Source: Octopus vulgaris
Lineage: Eukaryota
Direction of reading: 5' to 3'
Assembly (NCBI GenBank): GCA_951406725.2
Contig: OX597834.1
Location: 34,038,001-34,102,000 of the forward strand
DNA: 64,000 bases
Shown here: positions 37,500-50,947 of the stretch, piece after piece
Numbering within the stretch: the stretch's first letter is position 1
Layout: each line of letters begins with the position of its first letter
Made by a program: the position numbers and the translations under genes
Notes under the pieces: generated by a model
Databases searched by the model: none
Seen by the model: only the letters and a program-made list of their open reading frames with translations
What the model was told of the DNA's origin: nothing

Positions 37500-38700
37500 A
37501 TTTCCACGGTTGAATACTCTTCCTAACTCCAACCATGCAGACAGTGTTGATTTGTTTAAACGTTTAAACTGCAAAATTTCTTGATTATTCCAGTAATGAT
37601 GTCAAATATCTACCAAAAATAGAATTGATATTTTCTGCAAGTCATGTTGCCTCAATATACTTGACATATCTCAACAGAAAACAGTTTCAAATATGATATT
37701 CCTCAACAAAATACAGATTGGTATATAAAACTATAAAACATTTTTCCACAGTTATAGGTAATGAAATTTCTTAGTAGATACATCTGGTTTCCATAGTAAA
37801 AAGGTTAACATCTATTTTTTCATGTCGGCACGGGTTTGGACAAGGAGTTATTTGAGACTGGGTTTTCATGGCTAGATACCCTTCCTAACTCAAACCATGC
37901 ACACACTGTTAGTTTGTTTACCCTTTCATTACTGTATTTATTTTAAGATGCTCTGTGTTTCTTTCAATTACTTTAAATATACACAAAGAATTTAGTAAAA
38001 CAACTTAGTTATCATTCAGCTGGTGTTAGGAACATAAAATGTGACTAAGGTTTGGTGGAAGATTTTTATTCAAAACTTATGAAAACAAGACTTTTGTACT
38101 CAGAGCCAGAGCCGGTTTCAGCTGGGTTGGTAATGAATGGGTTAAACTGCAAATTTAAATTTCTTGGTTATTCCAGTAATGATGTTAAAAATATCTACCC
38201 AAAAATAGAATTGGTATTTTCTGCAAAATCATGTTACCTCAATAAATTTCTGTTTCTTCATATCAGCACAGATTCAAACAAGGAGTTATTTGAGACTGGA
38301 TTTTTACAGTTGAATGCCTTTCCTAATTCCAACCATGTAGACAGTGTTGGTTAGGTTAACCCTTTAATTGTGAAATTAAATTTAATGGTTATTCCAGTAA
38401 GGATTTTAAATATTTACCAAAAAATATAATTGGTATTTTTCTGCAAGTCATGTTGCTTCAATAAACTTGATGTATCTCAACAAAAAATAATTTCAAGCTT
38501 AACTTTCCTCAACAAAAGATAGATTGGTTTATAAAACTGCTTCACACAGTTAAGGATAATGAAATTTTGGGTGAATATATCTGCTTTCCACAGAAAAAGG
38601 GTTACCATCTGTTTCTTCATACCTGCATAGGTTCAGATGAGGAGTTATTTGGTGGCAGGGTTTTTACAGCTGGATGCTCTTCCTGTCACCAACTTTTACC
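37500..38700 (+). repeat. Three diverged tandem copies of a unit of about 360 bp (old TTAA-type MITE plus family C-like fragment)
   Basis: TTATTCCAGTAA...AATATCTACC...TTTTCTGCAA at about 37585, 38168 and 38389. Confidence 0.8.
37921..38141 (-). mobile_element. piggyBac-type MITE, complete, same family as 10730-10949
   Basis: CCCTTTCATTAC...GTAATGAATGGG then TTAA; colinear reverse complement of the 10730 copy. Confidence 0.9.
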
Positions 38701-38719
38701 TGTTTTCAAGTTAGGAATT

Positions 38720-38802
<83 letters not shown>

Positions 38803-38804
38803 GC

Positions 38805-39183
38805 CTTTTATCTTTTACTTGTTTTAGTCACTTGACTGCAGCCATGCTGGAGCACTGCTCTCAAGAATTTTTAATTGAATGAATCAACCCCACTACTTTC
38901 TTTAAAGCCTGGTATTTATTTTATTGGGTCTCTTGCCAAGCCACTAAGTTACAGGAATGTAAACAAACATGCATTGGTTGTCAAGTGGTGGTGGAGGACA
39001 AAGACACACACACACACATACAATGGGCTTCTTTCAGTTTCCATCAACCAAATCCACTGACAAGGCTTTATCAGCCCAAGGCTATAGCAGAAGTCACTTG
39101 CCCAAGGTGCCATGCAGTGGGATTGAACCTTGTACCATGTGGTTTGGAGGTAAGCTTCTTACCACAAAACCACGCCTGCACCT
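38805..39183 (-). mobile_element. SINE family B, full-length
   Basis: Colinear with other B copies. Confidence 0.87.
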
Positions 39184-39249
39184 ATCTTTTTTTTTTTTCA
39201 GAGTTTTCTTTTTGGCTTTTTGTACCTCAAAAAACATAGTCAAAGTCCT

Positions 39250-39480
39250 CAATGGCAGAACAAGCAGATGAAGACCTATGATCTCAACCTAAATGAACAT
39301 GAAATTTCTACTAGAAAATTCCATTGTAGTTACTTTGTACCAAGAAGTTTGCATCAGAGAACCAGGAACAGTCTCAGGCAAGTTGGCATCAAAAGGGCTT
39401 TATCAGAACCTACTCTGTTACAAGTGCTGAAGGCCATGATAGGGGGATACAAGCCCTGTTCTTCCCCCTCGTATTAAGCA
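39250..39480 (+). pseudogene. Possible decayed REL-type LINE C-terminus
   Basis: FVPRSLHQRTRNSLRQVGIKRALSEPTLLQVLKAMIGG loosely resembles R2/NeSL-type ends; no catalytic motif visible. Confidence 0.25.
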
Positions 39481-39665
39481 GTTAAAAAGAAAATGAATAA
39501 AATATCCTGACATTATCCAAAAGTCTTGGAAACATTTCATTGTGAAATTGGCGGATTAATTAAAATTAATGAAGTGCCGGCATAAGATAACGGAGTTTTA
39601 TTTGTGTAGCATTTCTAAAGATTCTTTAGCAACAAGAATTCAAGGACCTTCAAGTGAAAAGTTGA

Positions 39666-40783
39666 ATGTGTGTGTGCGTGTTTGTGAGTGTATGTGTGTA
39701 TGCATGTGTGTGTGTATGCAGATGTGTATGTGTATATGTATGTGCATCTGTGTATATGTGTGTGCATTCATATATGTATGTGTGTTTATGTATGAGAGTG
39801 TACGTGTATCATCATCATCATCATCATCATTTAACGTCTGTCCTTGTGTTTATGTTTGGATATGTGTGTGTGCAGGTGTGTGTATATGTATGTGTATGCG
39901 TGTGTGTGTGTGTGTCTGGACATGTATGTGTGTGGGTGTATCTGTATATGTATGTATATGTACAAGTGTGTGTATGTTAGTATATACATGTGTGTGTGTG
40001 TGTATGTGTGTGTTTAAATGTCAGTGTGTGTGTGTATGCATCTGTGTACATATTTGTGTGTGTGTGTGTGTCTGGACATGTATGTGTGTGGGTGTATCTG
40101 TATATGTATGTACAAGTGTATGTATGTTAGTATACAAGTGTATGTATGTTAGTATACACATATGTGTGTATGTGTATGCATCTGTGTACATATTTGTGTG
40201 TGTGTGTGTGTGTGAGTTTGTACATATATGTCAATGTGTCACTGTGTACATAGGTCTATGAGATTTAATGAAAGTAGATTGTATGAAAGCTTTTGTTCCT
40301 TTGAAATATTTAATCAAATACATTATGGCACTTAAAAAGGAAGAATTATTGTGAAGAGTCTGGTTCTTCTGGTAGAGGTTTCTTACAATTGTGTTGCAGA
40401 ACAGCTGCCATTATCATAAGTGCATAATCTACAGACTATCAAATACTCATTAATGTCTATAATAGAATTAGAAATGAAAAAAGGCTTCTCAGACGAACAT
40501 ACATACAGACACACACAAATGTGCGTCTGTACACAGACACACACTCAGAGGTCATATACAGTTATGTACATACATACACACATACATGAATACAGAGACA
40601 CACATATTTATACATACACACACATAAACATACAGACATATACATACACACAAACAGACACACACACACAGACACACACACACAGACATATACACACACA
40701 CACAGACAAACATACACACACACAGACATATACACGCGCACACACACAGACATATATATATGCATACACACAGACATATACAT

Positions 40784-40814
<31 letters not shown>

Positions 40815-41005
40815 CACACACACACAGACATATACACGCGCGCACACAGACATATATATACACACACGCAGACAAACATACATACACACACACAAATACT
40901 ACATACACACACACACATATATACATTCATACACACACATTCATACACACACACATATATACATACACGCACACATACACACACACACACACATATACAT
41001 ACACG

Positions 41006-41085
<80 letters not shown>
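39666..41085. repeat. (TG)n, (CA)n and (TA)n blocks
   Basis: Includes a duplication with period of about 156 bp at 39911 and 40067. Confidence 0.88.
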
Positions 41086-41087
<2 letters not shown>

Positions 41088-41095
41088 GATAGATA

Positions 41096-41567
41096 CGAGG
41101 TGTATTCCAGAAGTTTTGAGACTTTTACAGGAGAGACATGATTAATTTCAAACAAACACAAAACTCTAATCTCCTTCGAAGTAGGATGATCCTCTGACTT
41201 CAAAGCACTTGTAGTGCTCCAGCCACTTTGTGAAGGCCCTATGGAAGCTCTCCAAAGTGAATATATCCAAGATCCTTGTCACAGCCTTCTTCATCATCTC
41301 CTTCAGCTTGGGAAAATAACCGAAAGTCACAGGGAGCAAGGGTCTGGAGCGCAAGGAGGGTGCGGGGCAATTTTGATGTCCATCTTTGTCGGGTAGTTGG
41401 TTACCAGGATGAAACTGTGGACTGAGGGATTGGGCTGGAAGAGTGGAAGATCTCTGGCCTTTGATGATGAAATCTTTTCCTCAGCTCCCTAAAAACCTCA
41501 ACAGAATTCTCTTTGTTGACTGCATGGCCTGGGGGAACCCAATGGATGGAGATGATGTCCTTGCTGT
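41096..41567 (-). pseudogene. Mariner-type transposon, 3' half with terminal repeat
   Basis: With frameshifts reads NSKDIISIHWVPPGHAVNKE...APCDFRLFS/FPKLKE...AFTKWLEHYKCFEVRGSSYFEGD*; the end reads TA-CGAGGTGTATTCCAGAAGTTTTGAGAC. Confidence 0.8.
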
Positions 41568-41700
41568 TTGTGGTTTATAATCTTCTACCTGTTTACCTAA
41601 ATTTTGATTTTGAGGAAAACTTTGTGGGTTGCACAACATATAGAGACACATGCACAGGGCCAGATTAAGACCCACAAGGGCCCCGAAATTTACGTGCATT

Positions 41701-41915
41701 GGTTTCAAATTTTGGCAATAGGCCAGCAATTTTGGGTATAGGAGTAAGTTGATAACATTGACCCTAGAGCCTGACTGGTACTTATTGTATTGTCCTCGAA
41801 AGGACAAAAGGTAAAGCCAACCTCAACAGAATTTGAACCCAGAATGTAAAAACGAACAGAATTCCACTAAGCATGTTGACCGGTGTGCTAACACCCCTAC
41901 CAGCTCACTGCCCTT
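41701..41915 (-). mobile_element. SINE family A
   Basis: Tail GGTTTCAAATTTTGGC through head CAGCTCACTGCCCTT on the plus strand. Confidence 0.82.
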
Positions 41916-42012
41916 AGGTTTACATATATTACCACAAACCTTGATACTGTGTCAACTGGGTTCCTTTTTGACAGGCCCCTATTAAACTGACGTAATTTAA
42001 ATTTGCAAATGT

Positions 42013-42398
42013 AGGTGTGGGCATGGCTGTGCGGTAAGAAGTTTCCATTCCAACCATATGGTTCCAGGTTCAATCCTACTGCATGGCATCTTGGGCAAGT
42101 ATCTTCTACTATAGCCTCGAGCCAACCAAAGCCTTGTGAGTGGATTTGGTAGATGGAAACTGAAAGAAGCCCATTATATATACGGGTGTGTGTTTGTCCC
42201 ACCACCACCGCTTGACAACCAGTGTTGGTTTGTTTGCATCCCCATAATTTAGTGATTCAGCAAAAGAGAATGATAGCATAAGTACTAGGTTTTAAAATAG
42301 TAAGCACTGGGATCGATTCATTCTACAAAAAATTCTTCAAGGCAGTGCCCCAGCATGGCCACAGTCTAATGACTGAAACAAGTAAACGATAAAAGATA
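42013..42398 (+). mobile_element. SINE family B, full-length
   Basis: Head, CORE-like segment and tail all present. Confidence 0.9.
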
Positions 42399-42737
42399 CA
42401 AGATATCAGTAAGTTGGTATCTGAACCCTACCAAGTCAGCATTACAACCTTCCAGAGTTTGGCAAAAAAAAAAAAAAATACCAGTCATGTACTGAGGGCC
42501 AATCTTTATATTCTTCAATGAAATCTGAGGCCTTGTAGCTATATTGACAAATCAATACTATTAAGATGACTAATTTTCCATGCCATTAACTTTGTTTTTA
42601 GAATGAATGTTTCTGCAATATTTACATCTTCCATCTCTAAAGGCAAAAGTTAATGTTCTGGAAAATTGTCATCTTAAAGAATACTAATAATTCATCTCAG
42701 GACTTCAGACATTTATTGTTAATATTTGCTAAAATCA

Positions 42738-42950
42738 AGGCAGCAGGCTGGCAGAATTGTTAGCACACTGGGTAAGATACTTAGCAGCATTTCATCCGCC
42801 TCTATATTTTAAGTTCAAATTCTTCTGAGGTCGACTTTGCCTTTCATCTTTTGGGGTCAATAAATTAAGTACCAGCTGAGCACCGGGGTAAGTTTAATCC
42901 ACTTGGCCCCCTCCTCAAAAACTGCAGGCCTTGTACTTAAATATGAAACT
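42738..42950 (+). mobile_element. SINE family A
   Basis: Full head and core. Confidence 0.85.
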
Positions 42951-43076
42951 AATACAGTAGAACCTTGCAGTATTTTTCGAGTAATTTGCTGCACAAGCTG
43001 AGACTCATGCAAATTTTTGTCTTGAAGTATGGAGGAGAAGTCCACAGTACAAGCACACAAATCACCCCATCTTTAA

Positions 43077-43912
<836 letters not shown>

Positions 43913-43919
43913 AAAAAAT

Positions 43920-44105
43920 ATACATTTTCCATGCTGGCACGGGTTGGACAGTTTGACAGGGGCTGATCAGCTGAAGGGCCATTCAGGCTACATGTCTGTT
44001 TCGGCATGGTTTCTATGGCTGGATGCCCTTCCTAATGCCAACCACTTTACAGAGTGTACTGGGTGTTTTTACACACCACTGGCACAGGTGATTTTTATGT
44101 GGCAC
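43920..44105 (-). mobile_element. Family C, 3' part
   Basis: TTTTCCATGCTGGCACGGGTTGGACAG...GCTGGATGCCCTTCCTAATGCCAACCAC. Confidence 0.82.
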
Positions 44106-44309
44106 CACTTGGCAAAATACCTTTGCAGTATTTCTTTAGTTACAGTCCTTTACTTTATATTCTGAGTTCAAATCCTGCCTGATCAATTTTATCTATCATC
44201 CTTCCAAGGGATAAGTTCAACCAACTATACTCTCCCCACCAAAAAATGTGTGGCCAATATTGGTTTCAAAAGAAAATATGTAAATATATGTAGAATTTCA
44301 CAATTATTC

Positions 44310-44562
44310 TCATGCTGGCACCACATAAAAGGCAGCTGTGCTGGTGCCACTCAAAAGGCACCAATTCCAGCACCACATAAAAGGTACCTGTGCTGGGGCC
44401 ACATCAAAGCACCCAGTATACTCTGGCATTAGGAAAGGCATCTAACCATAGCAACCATTCCAAACCACACGACTGATGCTTGATGCAGCCCTATGGCTTG
44501 TCAGCTCCTGTGGAGCCATCTAACCCATGCCAGCATAGAAAAAAGACGTTAAATAATGATGA
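44310..44562 (+). mobile_element. Family C, opposite orientation
   Basis: GGCACCACATAAAAGGC subrepeats; ends CCATGCCAGCATAGAAAAAAGACGTTAAATAATGATGA. Confidence 0.78.
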
Positions 44563-45025
44563 TTACCCCTGTCTTGTTTCACACTGATAAAGTATGATAT
44601 GAGAGAGATTTGTCTGCCGTTTCTAGTAGATAATGCAACTACACACATACACACACACGTGTGTGTATGTGTGTGTGTGTGCAGAGTGGAGTCAGTTACC
44701 CTGGGTTAATTCAAATAGGTTAAACAGGTTTTTGCTATTTACTTCACTAGTTCTACCATACTTCCTACGACTCACTAATTTCCATGCTTAATTGATACAC
44801 GGGTGCAAAGATCAGCGAAATTAAACTCGTTAATTTAATGTTGCTGAGCAACTGTTCATTAACTGACCTTATCATAATTTTTATTATCGTTTGTTTCTTT
44901 TTCTTTTTAAATCATTCAACTCTATCTAAGTCTTCACACTTTATGTTCGTCTTGGTATCGTCCTCCTCATTCTTCACCCTGGTGGCAAACAAAAGAAATC
45001 ATTATCGTTATTATTATTATTAATT

Positions 45026-45814
45026 AAGACAGCAAGCTGGCAAAATCATTAGCACGCCAAGCAAATGCTTAGCAGCATTTTGTCTGTCTTTATATTCTGA
45101 GTTCAAATTCTGCCAAGCTCAACTTTGCCTTTCATTCTTTCATGGTCAATGAAATAAGTACCAGTTATGCACAGGGGTCAATGTAATCGACTTATCCTCA
45201 CCCCCACCCCAAAATTTCATGCCTTGTGCCAAGAGTAGAAAGGATTATTATTATCATTATTATTATTATTTAAATTCTTCCGAGGTCAACTTTGTCTTAC
45301 ATCCTTTCGGGGTCGATTAAATAAGTACCAGTTATGCACTGGGGTTAATGCAATGCCACCTCCCCTAAACATAGCTCACTAGTCCCTTTCCCCAAAATTT
45401 CAGACCCTCTGCCTTTAGTAGAAAGGATTATTATAGGAAAAAAAGTAAAAATAGGCACCTGCCTCAAAAGTCAGGGCATGCATGGTTTTTATGGGGGTTT
45501 TCCATGAGCAACCCTCAAATGTCTCTGCCCTATTAAGGATTATTCATTCCTTTTTTTTTCGACTTCTTTCAGTCATTTGACTGCGGCCATATTGGAGCAC
45601 TGCCTTTAGTCGAACAAGTCAACCGCAGGACTTATTCTTTGTAAGCCTAATACTTACTCTATTGGTCTCTTTTGCCAAACTGCTAATTTATCAACCCTGA
45701 AAGGATGAAAGGCAAAGACTACCTTGGCAAGAACTGAACTCAGAATATAAAGACGGATGAAATACCACAAAGCATTTCACCTGGTGTGCTAACAATTCTC
45801 CTAGCTCACCACCT
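45026..45814. mobile_element. SINE cluster: A (+, 45026-45245), A partial (+, 45272-45428), B tail (-, 45560-45685), A 5' half (-, 45685-45814)
   Basis: Matches to family motifs. Confidence 0.8.
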
Positions 45815-45846
45815 TAACAACCACAACAACAATAATAATAATAATA

Positions 45847-46326
45847 ACAAGAAAGCAACCATACTCTGGGATATGCCAATACACACAGATAGAGAAATTA
45901 AGCCCAATAGGCCAGATATAGTTGTCAGAGATCATGAAGGAAAAAAAATGCTTGCTAATTGATGTATCAATACCAGCAGATGACAACGTTTCTCTAAAAG
46001 AAATGGAGAAACTTTCAAAATACAAAGTCCTGGAAATAGAGGTAACTCGAATGTGGAGTCTAAAAACAGAAACAATTCCTATCATAGTAGGCGCATTAGG
46101 TATGATAAAAAAAATATTCAGACAAATACATAACAAAAACACCAGGACTTATAAATATATATAACGAACAGAAAATTGCATTAATGGACACTGCACACAT
46201 CCTACGCAAATCACTTTCAATACAGTAACCATCAGAGCATCACAACAAACCACAGCACATACCTAAGGCACACAGAGCTGCACTCGGTAGTGAAGTGAAA
46301 GCATGCTATGAAAATAAAACTACTGA
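45847..46326 (+). pseudogene. R4/Dong-type LINE, 5'-truncated: REL endonuclease domain plus 3' UTR
   Basis: TILWDMPIHTDREIKPNRPDIVVRD...CLLIDVSIP...EKLSKYKVLEIEVTRMW...PIIVGALG...TAHILRKSLSIQ* (stop 46226-46228); two frameshifts in A runs; (AAT)n on both sides. Confidence 0.9.
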
Positions 46327-46962
46327 ATAATAATAATAATAATAATAAGTCATTCTTTTATTGGCCACAAGGGCTCACATAAAATTACATTAAAAGACAT
46401 ACAACATAAAAGACAAAAACAGGATGATACAATGGGTTTTACGTGTAGACAATATAAATAATAATAATAATAATTTTTTTTCCAAAAAATTATCAATAAA
46501 ATGAGACAAACAAAAACTTTAAAAAAGGCAAAAAGTATGAAGAAAACTAAAAGTCAAAAGAAAACCCCTGGAGGGGATTTCATTTGGGATTTAATGAAAA
46601 CTGAAATAAAAAAACTATTTGAGAACAAATAACATAAAACATACAAAAATAAAATTTAAAAAGGCAAAACACACAGAGGAGAAATTCACGAAAATGTGTG
46701 AGAAAAAAATCTGAGAAGATTTTAGTTCAATTCTTGTTGGACTAGTAATGGTGGTGGTAGGTAGGTGGGTGGGTTGATGGTGGTGGTAGTAGTGGTAGCT
46801 GGATGATGGTAATAATGGTAGTGGCTGGTGAGTGGTGGTGGTGGTGGCAGTGGCCATCACTACAACCACCACCCTACTAACACAGCAACAATGTTCTTCT
46901 CCTATCCTTCACCTCTTATATGAAATTAATTCTAGCATATCTGATTGAGTAAAGAAGACAAT

Positions 46963-46996
<34 letters not shown>

Positions 46997-47012
46997 CAAA
47001 CACACACACACC

Positions 47013-47181
47013 GATTACATCGACCCCAGCCAGGGTGTAACTGGTACTTAATTTATCAACTCCAAAAGGATGAAAGGCAAAGTTGACCTCGGCGGAATTT
47101 GAACTCAGAACGTAACAGCAGACGAAATACCACTAAGCATTTCGCCCGGCATCCTAACGATTCTGCCAGTTATTATTGTTG

Positions 47182-47216
<35 letters not shown>

Positions 47217-47432
47217 GAAGGGTGTAAGCTTTCAGAATCCCTAACATGCCGGGCAAAATGCTTAGCGGCATTCCACTTATCTTCACATTCTGTGTTCAAA
47301 TTCCACCGAGGTCAATGTTGTCTTTCATCTTTTTCGGTTGAATAAAATAAGTACCAGCTGAACTCTGGGGTCAAATGTAATTGTCTGTCCCTCTCCCGCA
47401 AAATTACTAGCCTAATACCAAAATTTGAAACC
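47013..47432. mobile_element. Head-to-head family A pair (minus 47013-47169, plus 47218-47432)
   Basis: Opposite orientations separated by about 48 bp of ATT repeat. Confidence 0.85.
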
Positions 47433-47810
47433 ATTATTACTATTATTATTATTACCATCGTTAGCAGCAGCAGCAGTAGTAGTAGTAGTAGCAGTAGTCA
47501 TTAAAACCTGAACCATCATCATTAGTAGTAAAACTAGCTCGAGTGCCCATTCATAAATCTTTTCACACAACCAGATGTGTTCTGATTTCATTGTCTAATG
47601 TTATAATTTTAGACTGAGAGTTTTATTGACATTTTCGGAATGTAATAATGGGTGTGAGATAATGGCAGGGAATTATAAATTATTCGTTTTCTGTAAATAT
47701 CTTCATTGAATGATAAAAAAAAGAAAAACTAAATTTAAGTTAGAAGTTAACGAAATGAATTCATAATTATTTTTCCCTCTTCTTCAAACTCAGCAAAATC
47801 ATGACTTAAT

Positions 47811-48188
47811 CTTTTCTTCTATTCTTAGTCATTTGACTGCGGCCATGCTGTAGCACCACCTTAAAGGATTTTAATTGAAGAAATTGACCCCAGGACTTAT
47901 TCTTTGTAAGACTAGTATTTATCAGTTTCTTTTGCCGAACTGCTAAGTCACTGGGACATACATTAATATCAGTTGTCAAGCAGTGACTGGGGACAAACAC
48001 GGACACACACACACACACACATATACGACAGGCCTTTTCAGTTTCCATCTGCCAAATCCACTCGTAAGGCTTTCTTCGGCCTGAGATTATAATAGAAGAC
48101 ACTTGCCCAAGGTGCCACACAGTGGGACTGAGCCTGGAACCATGTGGTTGTGAAGCAAGTTTCTTACCACACAGCCATGCCTGCACCT
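47811..48188 (-). mobile_element. SINE family B, full-length
   Basis: Colinear with other B copies. Confidence 0.88.
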
Positions 48189-48359
48189 ATGGTTAACTAT
48201 TCAGGATTTCTCTGGCATCTTTACATCTGATTTTGAACTTCCTTTCTCATAAAATTCACACTCTCTATAGACAATCTTCTTTGTTGCAGACAACCTAAGT
48301 GCTAACAGATTATTTCCATTCTGAACCTGATCTGTCATAATAACCAAAACAGGCTCCTA

Positions 48360-48680
48360 CTAAGCGGAAAGTGTAACCTCTCGAAAGAGCTGTTCTTCAC
48401 TCCTGCTCCAGAACGTCGGCTGCGGGGTCACTCCGAAAAGCTCTATCTGCGACGATTTCATCTCAATCGAAGGAGAGGGGCTTTCTCCGTCCGGGTTGCG
48501 GATCCGTGGAATAAGCTGCTGGACGAGATAGTGAAGATGCCGATGACCACTTGGTTCAAAGTCTCTCTTGACCAGAAATGGCCTGAACTCTTTGCATGAA
48601 CACCCTCCCTGTACATAACTCCATGTCTCCCTACATGGCCTTGCTTTTGCTTTTTGAGCCAAAAATTAACTTAATTACTA
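48360..48680 (+). pseudogene. CR1-type LINE 3' end
   Basis: RLRGHSEKLYLRRFHLNRRRGAFSVRVADPWNKLLDEIV...FKVSLDQKWPELFA* (stop 48597-48599), matching the RGH...FSxRV..WN.L...FK..LD motif; CpG-rich. Confidence 0.88.
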
Positions 48681-49251
48681 CAAGACTGACATGTATTTAA
48701 TGTTTAAAATACATTTCTCTGATTAAAAAACATATTTAGTTTTGCAATACCTGTTCTGACACCTGCACCTGTGGATGACACTACTGCAAAAATGTATCGA
48801 CTCAAAATAACAGATAACATCAGTTGTGCAGAATAGGAGGACTTGCATCCATGGGTCATTGTCAGTCTTCCTAAAAAGGCAAAAAGGGAAAATCTTATCT
48901 AGGCCTGCACATCCAGCACAGGGTCCAGTCCCGGTTGATGTGTGGTGGCGTGTCAGCTTCAATGATGCTGAGAGCTGTGTCAATGGAATGCAAGCTCCTT
49001 GTAAATTATTCTCATGCTACAATGGTCAAGAGATCAAAGCCAGACTAATATAAATCACCTCTTCTCAGAGGTAAAAATGGGTTTGTGTAGGGACAAGAAC
49101 CCTAGCTAGAAAAAAAAGCAAAGTTTACAGAAGTACTGATGACAATTCAAAACCAGCAAAACCTAGGAGAGTAAGGCCTTTCCTCAAAAGAACATTTGAT
49201 GCAGGGTAGCAAAATCTGAAAGGAAGGTGCAAAAAGCAAGGATCCAACAAG

Positions 49252-49357
49252 AAATTGTGACTAAGGTTTGGTGGAAGATTTGAATTCAAAACTTATGAAA
49301 ACAAGACACTTGTACTCAGAGCCAGAGCTGGTTTCAGCCGGGTTGGTAACAAAAGGG
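49252..49357 (-). mobile_element. piggyBac-type MITE, left half only, inverted
   Basis: Ends GGTTGGTAACAAAAGGG then TTAA at 49358-49361. Confidence 0.9.
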
Positions 49358-49791
49358 TTAAGCATCTACTTTCCATGCTGGCATCGGTTACAGTTTGACT
49401 GTAGCTGCACCAGGTTCCAATCTGATAGTAACAGATTTGTGCAACCCATGTCAGCATGGAAAACATGGATTTCAAAATCAGGAGGAGGGCATTGATAGTG
49501 ATGATGATGATGATGACGACAATAGTGATGGTGACATATGATAAACGAGAATATAAAATGTTGCTAGTTTTCACTTGACGTGATTCTGCGTGAAATACTT
49601 GAAGCATATTTTAGTAGTCAATTATTGATTTTTTTTATTGATTATTCATACATATACATGTACATACATAAACATATATTCATATTATATATATATAACT
49701 ATATATACACACACACACATTTTCATACACATACATAGATACATATCAATGCACACACGCATACACACATACATTCACATATATATACATT

Positions 49792-49823
<32 letters not shown>

Positions 49824-50521
49824 CATACATATATACACACACACACACACATATACATATACACACATATATATGCATTCACATATTTATACATACACAT
49901 GCAGGAACATAGATACCTCTACACACACACATACATATGTGTGCATGTGTGTGTGCATACGTGCGTGTATTTTTTTCTTATTTTGAAAGCCCAATTAATT
50001 TTGTCAAGTATTTCAGGCAGTTTCCTACCAGAAAATTATATTCAGGTATTCAAATACAAACTTAATCTCATACTATTTAATTGATAGTATTTATTTAAAA
50101 TACTCATAAAATCTATATCTTTATATATAATTATATATGTGTGTGTATATATATATATATAGTTTTACATGTATTATATTTGATATCCATTTCTCTAGTA
50201 TTTTCCATTTGATTGGGGTTTTTTTTCTTTTCTTGCTTGTATTTATTTTAATTTATTTTAGATAGACAGACAGACAGACAGACATTTACTACCTAATTAT
50301 TCTATGTTGCTTATTGTTAATTAACCCAAGGTCAGGACAGACTGCATTTGTGTACGCATGTGTGCATGTGTGAATGTGTATGTGAATGTGTGTATGTATG
50401 TGTGTATGTATGTATGTATGTGTGTACATATTTAGCTGCTATTTCCAGCAAACCAAGCAACTACCTACAGACTACCTCATCTTTATTGTCATTGCTGGTC
50501 ATTGTCATTTTTGTTCTTTTT

Positions 50522-50735
50522 TTCTTTTACTTGTTTTAGTCATTAGACTGCGGCCAAGCTGGGGCAGAAGCCTTGATGAATTTTAGTCCAATGAAGTGAC
50601 CCCAGTACTTAGTTTTTTATTTTATTAAGCCTGGTATTTATTCAATCAGTCTCTTTTGCAGAAAAGCTAAGTTACTGGGATGTAAACATGCCAACGCCGG
50701 TTGTCAAGTAGTAGTCGGGGACAAAGACAGACATG
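50522..50735 (-). mobile_element. SINE family B, 3' half
   Basis: Reverse complement of the tail region. Confidence 0.78.
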
Positions 50736-50904
50736 TATATATATATATATAGGCAGGGTTTTTTTTTTAAATTATTTTATGAAATTTTTTTAATAATTTT
50801 TTTAGTTTGCTAAATATCCAAGGGCACCATGAAAAATAAATCTGCAAAATCCCCATCAAGACAGAGAAATTCCAATGTATCTGAGCAACCTATCCCTGAC
50901 GTCC

Positions 50905-50947
<43 letters not shown>

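Noticed and set aside
48826-49053. WWRVSFNDAE resembling the Mab-21/cGAS-like WRxSFSxAE motif
   Set aside because: One short motif only; the flanking residues do not fit and no splice sites frame it. An HMM search would settle it.
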